A stretch of DNA of 38,129 bases from Gemmatimonadales bacterium (GCA_041577295.1 JBFGJG010000042.1:1-38129); one strand, 5' to 3'. Shown: positions 1-9,267, counted from the stretch's first letter. Program-made: numbers and translations. The notes: generated by a model from the letters alone, not told the origin.

Positions 1-1041
1 AGCAGCGTCAACATCGACGAGGCGGGGAACGGCTATACGTTGACGGCGTCCTCCGGGTCGCTCACGGGTGCGACGAGCAACGCGTTCAACATCACGACCG
101 CGCCGGCGTCCCAGATGGCGTTCACGGTGCAGCCCACCAATACGGCGGCTGGCGCGTCGATCACGCCGGCCGTGCAGGTGACCGCACGGGACAGCGTGGG
201 CAATACGGTGACGAGCTACACCAGCAACGTCACGCTGGGGATTGGGACCAATCCGAGCGGTGGGGCGCTGGATGGGACGGTGACGGTGGCGGCGGTGAGT
301 GGGGTGGCGACGTTCAGCAGCGTCAACATCGATGAAGCGGGGAACGGCTACACGCTGACGGCGTCCTCGGGCTCCCTGACCGGGGCCACGAGCAACGCGT
401 TCAACATCACGACCGCGCCGGCCTCGGTGCTGGCGTTCACCGTCCAGCCAACCAACACTACGGCCGGGTCGTCGATCACGCCGGCGGTACAGGTGACGGC
501 CCGGGACAGTGTGGGGAACACGGTGACGAGCTACAGCAGCAACGTGACCGTGGCGATCGGGACCAACCCGAGTGGCGGCACGCTGAGTGGGGGCACGACC
601 GTGGCGGCGGTCGGTGGGGTGGCCACATTCTCCAACCTGTCGATCGATCTGGCGGGTAACGGCTACACGCTTACAGCGTCCTCGGGCGCGCTCACGGGTG
701 CCACGAGCAACGCGTTCAACATCACAGCCGGTGCCGCCACGCAGCTCGTCTTCACGGTTCAGCCGACCAACACGGAGATCAACGCGAGCATCACGCCGGC
801 CGTCCAAGTGACGGCGCAGGACGGCTTTGGTAACACCGTGACCACGTACACCAGCAATGTCACGGTCGCGATCGGCACGAATCCTTCAGGTGGGACCCTA
901 GTGGGAACGCTCGTCGTCGCTGCGTCTGCAGGCGTGGCCACGTTTAGCGATCTGAGCATCGATACAGCCGGTACCGGCTACACGCTCACGGCGGACTCCG
1001 GTACGCTACCCCAAGCCACGAGTACGGCCTTCGACATCACG
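1..1041 (+). repeat. Intragenic tandem repeat, 315-bp (105-aa) period, about 3.3 copies visible
   Basis: Equivalent TASSG/TADSG codons start at 43, 358, 673 and 988, an exact 315-bp spacing. Confidence 0.95.
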
Positions 1042-1050
1042 ACGCCATGA
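1..1050 (+). CDS. Surface/secreted protein with tandem Ig-like (Big-type) repeats, 3' part only
   Basis: The frame is open from base 1 (AGC AGC GTC = SSV...), so the start lies upstream. Thr/Ala/Ser/Val-rich ~105-aa repeats (AFTVQPTN...VQVTARD..GN...GVATFS...GNGYTLTA). The TGA stop overlaps the next ATG (ATGA). Confidence 0.85.
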   Translation, partial: SSVNIDEAGNGYTLTASSGSLTGATSNAFNITTAPASQMAFTVQPTNTAAGASITPAVQVTARDSVGNTVTSYTSNVTLGIGTNPSGGALDGTVTVAAVSGVATFSSVNIDEAGNGYTLTASSGSLTGATSNAFNITTAPASVLAFTVQPTNTTAGSSITPAVQVTARDSVGNTVTSYSSNVTVAIGTNPSGGTLSGGTTVAAVGGVATFSNLSIDLAGNGYTLTASSGALTGATSNAFNITAGAATQLVFTVQPTNTEINASITPAVQVTAQDGFGNTVTTYTSNVTVAIGTNPSGGTLVGTLVVAASAGVATFSDLSIDTAGTGYTLTADSGTLPQATSTAFDITTP

Positions 1051-2669
1051 TCTGCCCCCGCTGTTCGGTTGCCGAGATCTCGGAAGAGACCAATCAGTGC
1101 GTGCTGTGCGGATTCTCGCCAGCGGCCACTGCGGTCATGGTCGACGAGGCAGCGGCCGATCAGATGCAGGCCATCGTCCAGAAGCCGCTCGCCGGACGGT
1201 TCGAGATCGAGCAGCTGATCGGTCGCGGGCGGGTGTCCTTCGTATACACAGCGAAGGAAGTGGGCAGTGGCAACACGGTGGCGCTCAAGATCATCCCGCT
1301 CGGCGGGCCACTCGACGCTGACGTCGTCAGGCGATTCGAACGCGAAGCGAGCCGCGCCGCGTCCCTTCGTCATTCGCATATCATCCCGATTCACGGAAGC
1401 GGCGCCTCGGGATCACTGCTCTGGTACGCGATGGAGCAGGTCAAAGGCCAATCACTCGCCGAGCTGCTGCGAGACCGCGGAGCGTTGGATCAAGAGAGCT
1501 GCCTCCGGATGCTCGATCAGGTCGCGAGCGCTCTCGACTACGCGCATCGGCGGGGCATTGTTCACGGAAACCTGAAGCCTACCAACATCCTGGTGGATGA
1601 TGACGGTTGGGTGCGCGTCACGGATTTTGCCATCATGCGCGCGTTCGGACGTAGCAGCGTGATGGGAGTGAGCGTGCCGACGGTTCTGACACCAGAGTAC
1701 ATGGCACCTGAGCAATTCTTCACACGAACCGCCAGTGCTAGCGCGGATCAGTACGCCATGGCCGTTGTGGCTTACGAGTGCTTGAGTGGAAGTCTCCCCT
1801 TCGTGGGTGACTCGTTTGAGGAGGTGGCGCGGTTACATCAGGAAGAAACGCCTCCTCGGTTGACCGAGTTGCGGGAGGACATCCCGATCCTCATTGCAGA
1901 CGCCGTCGAACAGGCCTTGCGGAAGCGGCCTACCGATCGCTTCGCGAACGTGCTCGACTTGGTGACGGTTCTCCGTGGTGGCCCGCCACAGGGCGCGGAA
2001 CCCGTTGCACCGGTCGATGAGCCCCGGGCCACCCCGCAGATCCTGACCATTCAGGCACCGCGTCGGCAGTTCAGACCTGTGCACTTTGGCTTGGGCGGCC
2101 TGGCGGTGATTCTCGCGCTGGCAGGATTCCTTCTGACTCGCGGCGGTGGCCAGGGCGAGACGGTGATCGACCAGAGCCAGTTTACGAGCTCGGCTCCGCG
2201 AGAATCGGATCCGGTGACCGCGGAGACCTCTCCGGAGGTGGTGACACCGCCGGTGGTGGCGAGCCCGGAACCCGCGCGTCCCCGTGCGGAGCCGCCGGCA
2301 ACCCAAGCCCAGCCGGAACCGCGAACACCTGACTCCGCGCCGACGCGGACGCCTGATCCCGCGGCTGCACAGACACCGGCCACTCCGGAGCCTGAAGCCC
2401 GAAACCCCGCACCACGGCCACCGGTCCGGCGCGCGACCCCGTCCGTCGATTCGGCGCGGCTCTTTGTCAATGCCCGCCCGTGGGGCGCGTTGTACATCGA
2501 CGACGAACTGCTTGGAAATACCCCCAAGGCAAATCTCGCGCTGGCACCGGGTGTGCACGTCATCCGGGTGGAACGTGATGGCTACGAGCCGTTCGAGTTG
2601 GAGATTGAGGTCACAGCCGGCGAAGAGGTGCGTGTTACTGACATTGTGCTCAAACCGAGGCAACCGTGA
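1047..2669 (+). CDS. Hanks-type Ser/Thr kinase-like membrane protein (N-terminal zinc ribbon, kinase domain, TM helix, Pro-rich linker, C-terminal PEGA domain); probable pseudokinase
   Basis: CPRC...CVLC; GRGRVS loop; VALK; HGNLKPTN (HRD degenerate); DFA; TPEYMAPE; TM segment GLGGLAVILALAGFLL; PEGA-like LFVNARPWGALYIDDELLGNTP...GVHVIRVERDGY. Confidence 0.9.
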   Translation: MICPRCSVAEISEETNQCVLCGFSPAATAVMVDEAAADQMQAIVQKPLAGRFEIEQLIGRGRVSFVYTAKEVGSGNTVALKIIPLGGPLDADVVRRFEREASRAASLRHSHIIPIHGSGASGSLLWYAMEQVKGQSLAELLRDRGALDQESCLRMLDQVASALDYAHRRGIVHGNLKPTNILVDDDGWVRVTDFAIMRAFGRSSVMGVSVPTVLTPEYMAPEQFFTRTASASADQYAMAVVAYECLSGSLPFVGDSFEEVARLHQEETPPRLTELREDIPILIADAVEQALRKRPTDRFANVLDLVTVLRGGPPQGAEPVAPVDEPRATPQILTIQAPRRQFRPVHFGLGGLAVILALAGFLLTRGGGQGETVIDQSQFTSSAPRESDPVTAETSPEVVTPPVVASPEPARPRAEPPATQAQPEPRTPDSAPTRTPDPAAAQTPATPEPEARNPAPRPPVRRATPSVDSARLFVNARPWGALYIDDELLGNTPKANLALAPGVHVIRVERDGYEPFELEIEVTAGEEVRVTDIVLKPRQP

Positions 2670-3733
2670 AGAGTAGATTGATGTTTCTCGCTGGAGCGGC
2701 GCTCGGGTTGAGCGTCACTCCTCAGACCGCCCCTGCACAGGCCCCGCAAGAGCTGGTAGAACAGGCGGTTCGGGCGTACGGGGATCTCGCGCTCGACGAT
2801 GCAGCATGGCTTCTCCGTCGCGCGTTGAACATGACCGTGCCACCGGCAACGTTTGGCGATGCCGATCGCGCCCGCGCGCTGATGTTCCTCGGAGCCACTG
2901 AGGTCCTGCGAAGCAATGCGGACTCAGCTGGTGCAGCGTTCCGCCGTTTGGTTTTCTTGCAGCCGCGCTATCAGCCGGATCAGCTGATCTTTCCCCCAGA
3001 CGTCACGATGATTTTCGAGACGGTGCGGCAGCAAACCAAGACCGTTGGTGTGCAGGTACCGAGAGAAACGGATTTGCGGCTTGGCCAGGATCGTTTCTCT
3101 GCCTGGATCGTCGCCAGCTCGCCCCATGAGCTTCGTGCGGAGATCACCTACGACGATGGCCGTCTCGCCCGGACGCTCTACACGGGTCCCATCGGCGACA
3201 GCCTCAGGCTGCTGTGGGACGGCCGGGATGCGAATGGACGGCCGGTGGAGTCGGGCCGGTTTCTCATGAACTTGGTGTCGCGAGATGCGTCCGGGCAGAT
3301 GATCCGGCTCACCCGTCTCCCGCTGGACCTCGACGTGCGGCTGCGCGATACGATGCCTCACCCTGAGCCGCCGGCGGATTCGCTGATGCTCCCGGAGTCG
3401 TGGGACGGCAAACCGAGTTTGGAATCACTACTCGGCGGGCTGACGATCGGGGCCGCGGTACTGCTCCTGCCATCAGCGGTTGCACCCGAGGCGAACATCA
3501 CGGGCGGCCGCCTTGCCGTGGCGGGCGCAGTCAGCATCGCGGGCATCGTTGGTTTCGTCACGCGGCGTCCCGGGCAACCGATTCGGGAGAACGTGCTGGC
3601 GAACGACGTGCTCCGTCAGGCATGGCGTGACAGCATCGAAGTCATGGCCCAGCAGAATTCGCAGCTGCGTGCCGACGTCCGCATGCGGATCCGAGCGGGC
3701 AACGCAGTGCGAATCGAGGGAGTGGGCCAATGA
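2666..3733 (+). CDS. Exported protein with a TPR-like N-terminal region, an FlgD-type Ig domain and C-terminal hydrophobic segments
   Basis: Signal peptide ending APAQA; helical TPR-like region (ALMFLGATEVL...AFRRLVFLQPRYQPD); FlgD_ig-like LLWDGRDANGRPVESGRF; two Gly-rich hydrophobic stretches; GTGA overlap with the kinase stop. Confidence 0.7.
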   Translation: MKSRLMFLAGAALGLSVTPQTAPAQAPQELVEQAVRAYGDLALDDAAWLLRRALNMTVPPATFGDADRARALMFLGATEVLRSNADSAGAAFRRLVFLQPRYQPDQLIFPPDVTMIFETVRQQTKTVGVQVPRETDLRLGQDRFSAWIVASSPHELRAEITYDDGRLARTLYTGPIGDSLRLLWDGRDANGRPVESGRFLMNLVSRDASGQMIRLTRLPLDLDVRLRDTMPHPEPPADSLMLPESWDGKPSLESLLGGLTIGAAVLLLPSAVAPEANITGGRLAVAGAVSIAGIVGFVTRRPGQPIRENVLANDVLRQAWRDSIEVMAQQNSQLRADVRMRIRAGNAVRIEGVGQ

Positions 3734-4383
3734 CGCTGCGTCTCTTAATGGCCTTGATGATGGTGAGCATGGCAACGCCCATTGCCGTGTTGAGCCAGGT
3801 GCGCGAGCGATCCGCGTCGGGAACGCTCTTGTTCACGCGTCTCGATCGTCGATTGGTTCCGATTTCGGGAACACCAACCAACGAGAGTTTCACCGGTGTC
3901 GCGCTCGGGTTGGATGGATCGGTGCCGATCTGGATCTTTGAGCTGGATGTCCGCTACCTCAACGGCAACCTCGGGTCGAGCAATCCCGATCTCGACCTCA
4001 ATCTGGTCGAGGCCGAGCTGTTCCTTGGATTGCGTCCGCTTCCATGGGTTGTGCTCAAGGCCGGCCCACATGCGCGGGCGTTCGAGACTGTTCGCAGCAC
4101 CGAGCGGTGGTTGTTCTGGGAGATCCGCGCGCGCGCGGAGGCGGGCTTGTTGGCACCGAGGCTCGGAACCTACTTGGAGCTCTGGGGCGCGCTGGTCGGT
4201 GATGTCAACTTCGGCAGGAGTTTCGGCAGCGGGCGAGGGGCGGAGGCTGGAATCACGTATCAATTCGGATCCACGCCGCTGTGGGTCCGTGCGGGGTATC
4301 GGGTCGACCGCGGCAGCGTGAGCGGCGGCTCGATCTTCGATTCGGTGCAGCAGGTCTTGATCGGAGTAGGGTTCGGGCGCTGA
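3730..4383 (+). CDS. Probable outer-membrane beta-barrel protein
   Basis: N-terminal signal peptide; alternating hydrophobic strands (FELDVRYLNG, GAEAGITYQF, LWVRAGYRVD); C-terminal VLIGVGFGR; ATGA coupling to the previous gene. Confidence 0.6.
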   Translation: MTLRLLMALMMVSMATPIAVLSQVRERSASGTLLFTRLDRRLVPISGTPTNESFTGVALGLDGSVPIWIFELDVRYLNGNLGSSNPDLDLNLVEAELFLGLRPLPWVVLKAGPHARAFETVRSTERWLFWEIRARAEAGLLAPRLGTYLELWGALVGDVNFGRSFGSGRGAEAGITYQFGSTPLWVRAGYRVDRGSVSGGSIFDSVQQVLIGVGFGR

Positions 4384-4398
4384 ACCGGCTCGAGGTCC

Positions 4399-5331
4399 TT
4401 ACCGTGCGACCAGGCTCTTGGCCACGAACAAGAGGTTCGCGGGCCGCTCGGCCAATCGTCTCATGTACCACGGGAACCAAGCATCGCCATAGCTGATGAG
4501 CACGCGCACGCGATATCCCTCGCGTGCGAGCCGTTGCTGTTCCTCGCGCGCAATCCCGTACAGCATCTGAAACTCGTAACTGCCCGGCTCCACACCACGG
4601 GCGCGAGCGGTGTCACACACTCGCTCGATCAGTGCGTGATCGTGGGTGGCGATGCCCGGTGGTTGCGTGCCCGGTGAAGTCCGGCCGTCCAGCAAACGCA
4701 TCGTAAGACCAAAGAAGTTCTCGTCGACATCCCGCTTTTTGGGAAACGCCAGTGACGGGGGTTCACGGTAAGCGCCCTTGACGAGGCGGATGGCTGGACG
4801 GAGTGACGTCAGCGCGTCCAGATCCGCGGCCGTCCGGTAGAGATATGCCTGCACACACAACCCCACGTTATCGTGGGACGCCCGCAGGCTGCGAAAGATA
4901 TCCAGGGTCGCATCTGTGTAACTCGATCCCTCCATATCGATCCACACGAAGTTCTCGAGGTGGCTCGCGCGATCGACAAGGCGGCCAACTTCCTCTGCAG
5001 CAGCATCACGGTCGATGTCGAGCCCGAATTGCGTGAGTTTGAGTGAGAGGTGGCAGGGTAGGCTCCGGCGCGAAATCTCGTCGAGGACCTCCAAATAATG
5101 ATCGGTCACCTCGCAGGCTTCAGCGATATCGGAAACGTTCTCGCCGAGTCTCGTCAGGACTGATGACATTCCCCGCCGCTCAAGCTCTTCCGCCGCAGCG
5201 AGCGCTGCTTGCACGTCTTCCCCGGGCATGAAGCGTCGCACAGCACGGCGGGCGACGCCCGAGCCTGTGACGCGCCGCTGGAGCCATCTGCTCTCGGATC
5301 CTTTCAGAAGCGCGGTTCGCAGGAGACCCAT
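4399..5331 (-). CDS. putB: Monofunctional proline dehydrogenase
   Basis: RRFMPGE, LSLKLTQFG, WIDME, QAYLYRT, IRLVKGAYRE, IATHD, EFQMLYG, YMRRLAERPAN. Confidence 0.93.
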   Translation of the reverse strand: MGLLRTALLKGSESRWLQRRVTGSGVARRAVRRFMPGEDVQAALAAAEELERRGMSSVLTRLGENVSDIAEACEVTDHYLEVLDEISRRSLPCHLSLKLTQFGLDIDRDAAAEEVGRLVDRASHLENFVWIDMEGSSYTDATLDIFRSLRASHDNVGLCVQAYLYRTAADLDALTSLRPAIRLVKGAYREPPSLAFPKKRDVDENFFGLTMRLLDGRTSPGTQPPGIATHDHALIERVCDTARARGVEPGSYEFQMLYGIAREEQQRLAREGYRVRVLISYGDAWFPWYMRRLAERPANLLFVAKSLVAR

Positions 5332-5353
5332 ACTATTCCGGGGATGGGAGGAA

Positions 5354-5440
5354 CGGAGAGGGTGGGATTCGAACCCACGAGACCCTTGCGAGCCTACCGG
5401 TTTTCGAGACCGGCTCCTTCAACCACTCGGACACCTCTCC
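5354..5440 (-). tRNA. tRNA-Ser (anticodon CGA), long variable arm, CCA not encoded
   Basis: Minus strand reads GGAGAGGTGTCCGAGTGGTTGAAGGAGCCGGTCTCGAAAACCGGTAGGCTCGCAAGGGTCTCGTGGGTTCGAATCCCACCCTCTCCG. Anticodon stem CCGGT/ACCGG with loop CT-CGA-AA; T-loop GTTCGAATC. Confidence 0.96.
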
Positions 5441-5451
5441 TCGAGGCGTGC

Positions 5452-5480
5452 ATAATAGAGGGCTCCGGGTGTACTTTCCA
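5452..5480 (-). promoter_or_regulatory. Putative sigma70 promoter for tRNA-Ser
   Basis: Minus strand TGGAAA-17 nt-TATTAT, ending 11 nt upstream of the tRNA 5' end. It overlaps a CATAAT hexamer on the plus strand upstream of the divergent dehydrogenase. Confidence 0.5.
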
Positions 5481-5486
5481 CCCCGC

Positions 5487-6425
5487 ATGCCCGTCGACGT
5501 CCTGATCGCCGAGGAGCTCCGCACACTCCTGTCAGCAAAGGAGGTGAGCGGTCTCACCGTAACATGGCTCCCCGCGGACGCGCCGACCCCGAACGGTGAT
5601 TACGTCGGGGTTATTCCATTATTATCGCGCCGAATTGGGCCCGAGCAGCTGGATGGACTTCCCAGGCTGCGTATCGTTGCCAACTGCGCCGTCGGCGTCG
5701 ACAACATCGACCTCCCTGCCGCACGTGACCGGAACGTGATCGTCACCAATACACCCGATGTCCTGACCGAGGCAACCGCGGATCTCACCTGGGCGTTGAT
5801 CCTCGCCGTGACACGACGGCTCAAAGAGGGCCAGCAACTGATCGCGGACGGGCGGTGGCGGGGGTGGGACCCGACGCTGCTCCTCGGTCTGGAGTTGACC
5901 GGTCGGACACTCGCCATCGTCGGCGCGGGTCGGATCGGGCAGGCGGTCGGGCGTCGCGCGGTGGGATTTGGGATGTCGCTGCTCTATGTCTCGCGCTCTG
6001 ATAAGCCCGAATTCGAACGCTCGACAGGCGCGGTGCGCACTGACCTCCCTACCGCACTCGCGCAATGTGATATCGTGACGTTGCATGTCCCGTCGAATGC
6101 GGAGACCCGTGGATTGTTGGGTCGCGCGCAGTTCGCACTGCTGAAAGAAGGGGCATTTCTCATCAACACGGCGCGCGGAGACCTCATCCATGAGGCGGCT
6201 TTGCTCGAGGCGCTGGCAGCCGGACGCTTGGGTGGGGTTGGGCTGGACGTCTTTCCGCACGAACCCCAGGTCTCACCGGTCTTGGTCGGCCACCCCAACG
6301 CGGTCGTGGTCCCCCACATTGGAAGCGCCACGACCCAGACACGGCGGGGCATGGCAGGACTGGCCGTCAAGAACGTGCGCGCGGTACTGGCCGGCAAGCC
6401 GACGGTCACCCCCGTATGTCGTTGA
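5487..6425 (+). CDS. D-2-hydroxyacid dehydrogenase (glyoxylate/hydroxypyruvate reductase-like)
   Basis: AVGVDNID, VTNTPDVLTEATAD, GAGRIG, LINTARG, LDVFPHEP, PHIGSAT. YVSRS after the Rossmann beta-B strand (no Asp) hints at NADPH preference. Start taken at ATG 5487. Confidence 0.9.
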   Translation: MPVDVLIAEELRTLLSAKEVSGLTVTWLPADAPTPNGDYVGVIPLLSRRIGPEQLDGLPRLRIVANCAVGVDNIDLPAARDRNVIVTNTPDVLTEATADLTWALILAVTRRLKEGQQLIADGRWRGWDPTLLLGLELTGRTLAIVGAGRIGQAVGRRAVGFGMSLLYVSRSDKPEFERSTGAVRTDLPTALAQCDIVTLHVPSNAETRGLLGRAQFALLKEGAFLINTARGDLIHEAALLEALAAGRLGGVGLDVFPHEPQVSPVLVGHPNAVVVPHIGSATTQTRRGMAGLAVKNVRAVLAGKPTVTPVCR

Positions 6426-6450
6426 CTCGTAGCGGGATACCCTCTATCTT
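6422..6450 (+). promoter_or_regulatory. Putative sigma70 promoter of the pyrR-pyrB-pyrC operon
   Basis: TTGACT (6422-6427)-17 nt-TATCTT (6445-6450), ending 11 nt before the pyrR ATG. Confidence 0.6.
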
Positions 6451-6461
6451 GGCGCACGGCT

Positions 6462-7013
6462 ATGACCCCCAATGAGCGGCAAACGCTCTTTGACGCCCGC
6501 GCGGTCGCGCGGGCGCTCGAACGTATGTCCCGCGAAGTCGTAGAATTTGCCGGCGGCATCGATCGGCTCGTTCTCGTGGGGATCCAGCGCCGTGGTGTCG
6601 AGCTCGCTGAGCGTCTCGCAGCGCTCATCACGGAGCGTCACGGAACGCCCGTGCCTCAGGGGGCGCTCGACATCACGCTCTACCGCGATGACCTCGAAAC
6701 GGTGGGGCCGCGTCCCATCGTCGGCGAGACCCGGCTCCCAGGGGACATGGACGGGAAGTGCGTGATGATCGTCGACGATGTGCTCTACACGGGTCGGACG
6801 ATTCGGGCGGCGATGGACCAGCTGGCGGATTTCGGGCGTCCCGCTCGCATTGGCCTCAGCGTGTTGGTCGATCGGGGTGGACGCGAGCTTCCCATTCAGG
6901 CCGATGTCGTTGGAGAGCGTGTGGAAGTTGGCCCGCGAGACCGAGTCGATGTCCTGATTGCGGAACGCGATGGCCGTGATGCTGTCGAGCTCGTGCGGAA
7001 CGCCCGCCTGTGA
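6462..7013 (+). CDS. pyrR: PyrR-family protein / uracil phosphoribosyltransferase
   Basis: [20 protein letters not shown] loop [22 protein letters not shown]. Confidence 0.95.
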   Translation: MTPNERQTLFDARAVARALERMSREVVEFAGGIDRLVLVGIQRRGVELAERLAALITERHGTPVPQGALDITLYRDDLETVGPRPIVGETRLPGDMDGKCVMIVDDVLYTGRTIRAAMDQLADFGRPARIGLSVLVDRGGRELPIQADVVGERVEVGPRDRVDVLIAERDGRDAVELVRNARL

Positions 7014-7981
7014 CCGTCCCATCCCTGGGAAAGGATCTGCTCGGTCTGGAACCGCTGACCCCGGAGCAGATTCGTCTCATCCTCGATACTGCAGAGCCAT
7101 TCAAGGAAGTCAGTGAGCGAGCGATCAAGAAGGTTCCGACGCTACGCGGCAAAACCATCGTCAACCTGTTCTACGAAGCATCGACGCGAACCCGCATCTC
7201 GTTCGAGTTTGCCGAAAAGCGTCTGTCCGCGGACACGGTGAACGTCGGGGCTCAAGGTTCCTCGGTGGAGAAGGGCGAGAACCTGGTCGACACCGCCCGC
7301 AACCTCGAGGCCATGCGGATCGATATGGTGGTGATTCGCCATCCATCTTCGGGTGCTGCTTCCTTTCTGGCCGAGCGAATCCGGTCGAACGTGATCAACG
7401 CCGGTGACGGGAAGCACGAGCATCCCACCCAGGGGTTACTGGACCTGTTGACCATTCGGGACAAGCTGGGCCGCATCGAAGGCGTCAAAGTCTGCATTTG
7501 TGGTGACATCCTCAACAGTCGTGTCGCGCGCAGCAACATCTGGGGACTGTTGAAGCTCGGCGCCCAGGTGGCCGTCTGCGGACCCGGCTCGCTTCTGCCA
7601 CGCGGTATTCAAGACCTCGGAGTGTGTGTCTTTCGCCGAATCGAGGAGGCGATCGAGTGGGCGGACGTGCTCAACGTGCTCCGGTTGCAGTTGGAGCGGA
7701 TGCATGCGGGATACATTCCGTCACTGCGCGAGTACTATCGCGTCTTCGGTGTTACGGTCGAACGGCTCGAGCGCGCGCGGAAACCGCTGCTCATTCTCCA
7801 TCCTGGACCGATGAACCGGGGCGTCGAGATCGACTCCCGCGTTGCCGACGGCCCGCACAGTGTCATCCTCCACCAAGTGACCAATGGCATCGCCGTGCGC
7901 ATGGCCGTCCTGTATCTCCTGGCTGGGGGGCGTCCAGAACTGGCTGAGGCGGCGAAGGCGCCGCGTGAGGTGGAGACATGA
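7010..7981 (+). CDS. pyrB: Aspartate carbamoyltransferase catalytic subunit
   Basis: [60 protein letters not shown]. Confidence 0.97.
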   Translation: MTVPSLGKDLLGLEPLTPEQIRLILDTAEPFKEVSERAIKKVPTLRGKTIVNLFYEASTRTRISFEFAEKRLSADTVNVGAQGSSVEKGENLVDTARNLEAMRIDMVVIRHPSSGAASFLAERIRSNVINAGDGKHEHPTQGLLDLLTIRDKLGRIEGVKVCICGDILNSRVARSNIWGLLKLGAQVAVCGPGSLLPRGIQDLGVCVFRRIEEAIEWADVLNVLRLQLERMHAGYIPSLREYYRVFGVTVERLERARKPLLILHPGPMNRGVEIDSRVADGPHSVILHQVTNGIAVRMAVLYLLAGGRPELAEAAKAPREVET

Positions 7982-9267
7982 GGCCGCTGCTGTTGCGGGG
8001 TGGCCGCGTGGTCGATCCGTCCCAACCGCACGATGCCGTGGCCGATGTGCTGGTGATCGACGGCGCCGTCGCCTCCGTGGAGCCCAATCTCGCAGCGCCC
8101 GACGGTGCCGAGGTGGTTGACGTTGCCGGGAAGATCGTGGCGCCCGGCCTCGTGGACATTCATGTACACCTGCGCGAGCCGGGAAGAGAGGATGCCGAGA
8201 CAGTCGCAACTGGAGCACGCGCGGCGGTCGCGGGAGGCTTTACGTCCATCTGCGCTATGCCAAACACCGATCCCGTCACCGACAATCAGGCGGCGGTCGG
8301 CTTCATCGTGAAGCAGGGTGCTGCCGCTCGTTGCGCCCGAGTGTATCCCATCGGCGCCATCTCACTGGGCCAAAAGGGTGAGCAGCTGGCCGAGTTTGGG
8401 GAGATGGTCGCGGCCGGTGCGATCGCGGTGAGCGACGACGGACACCCCGTAGTGTCGGGTCACCTGATGCGCACCGCGCTCGAGTACGCGTCGAGCTTCG
8501 GGATCCCGGTAGCGGACCACTGCGAGGAGCCCACGCTTGCCGCGGGCGGTGTGATGCACGAGGGCGTCGTATCGACTAAGCTCGGGCTCCGCGGTATTCC
8601 GGCCGCCGCGGAGGAAATCATGGTGGCGCGGGACGTCCTTTTAGCCGAGTTGACTGGTGGCCACGTGCACCTGTGTCACGTTTCGACCCGCGGCTCGGTG
8701 GACATCATCCGCCGAGCGAAAGACCGTCACGTCAACGTCACGGCGGAAGCAACACCGCATCACTTCGTATTGACACACGAAGCCTGTGAGCACTACGACA
8801 CCAACAGCAAGATGAATCCGCCGCTGCGCGAGGCCGACGACGTCGAGCGCATCTGCGAGGCGCTCAGCGATGGGACCATCGAAACCATCGCCACCGACCA
8901 CGCACCGCATCACTACGAGACGAAGGAACGGGAGTTCGACGATGCTCCGTTTGGTGTCGTCGGCTTGGAGACGGCGCTGGCATTGGGCGTCACCCGGCTC
9001 GTCCAGCCGGGGTATCTTACGCTCCCGGAACTGATTCGTCGCATGAGCTCGGAACCCGCTCGCATCTTTCATCTACGAGGCGGCACGCTCCGCCGTGGTG
9101 TGCCGGCAGATATCGTCGTCTTCGATCCGCAGACGCGGTGGATCGTCGATCCGGCGGCTTTTCGTTCGAAGAGCCGGAACTCACCTTTCGCTGGTTGGCA
9201 GCTCCAGGCCCGTGTCGAGCGGACCTACGTCGATGGTCGCCTGGTTTACCCGGACGAGGCTCCGTAA
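7978..9267 (+). CDS. pyrC: Dihydroorotase (long, type I)
   Basis: [14 protein letters not shown]...[33 protein letters not shown]. Metal ligands appear intact. Confidence 0.96.
   Translation: MRPLLLRGGRVVDPSQPHDAVADVLVIDGAVASVEPNLAAPDGAEVVDVAGKIVAPGLVDIHVHLREPGREDAETVATGARAAVAGGFTSICAMPNTDPVTDNQAAVGFIVKQGAAARCARVYPIGAISLGQKGEQLAEFGEMVAAGAIAVSDDGHPVVSGHLMRTALEYASSFGIPVADHCEEPTLAAGGVMHEGVVSTKLGLRGIPAAAEEIMVARDVLLAELTGGHVHLCHVSTRGSVDIIRRAKDRHVNVTAEATPHHFVLTHEACEHYDTNSKMNPPLREADDVERICEALSDGTIETIATDHAPHHYETKEREFDDAPFGVVGLETALALGVTRLVQPGYLTLPELIRRMSSEPARIFHLRGGTLRRGVPADIVVFDPQTRWIVDPAAFRSKSRNSPFAGWQLQARVERTYVDGRLVYPDEAP

Noticed and set aside
1..1050. The 315-bp repeats as CRISPR or as DGR template/variable repeats
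   Set aside because: They are in-frame coding repeats with synonymous third-position differences, not adenine-specific changes. There are no spacers, cas genes or reverse transcriptase.
1..5440. tRNA-Ser as attachment site of a genomic island covering the left end
   Set aside because: No integrase, no duplicated tRNA 3' end that I could find, and no evident compositional shift; putB follows the tRNA directly.
5209..5557. Short ORFs spanning the tRNA (for example ...ERVGFEPT...)
   Set aside because: They are translations of the tRNA-Ser sequence, not proteins.
7978..9267. Inactive PyrC' scaffold subunit
   Set aside because: The HxH, HCE, HVS and DHAPH ligands are all present, so it looks catalytically competent.
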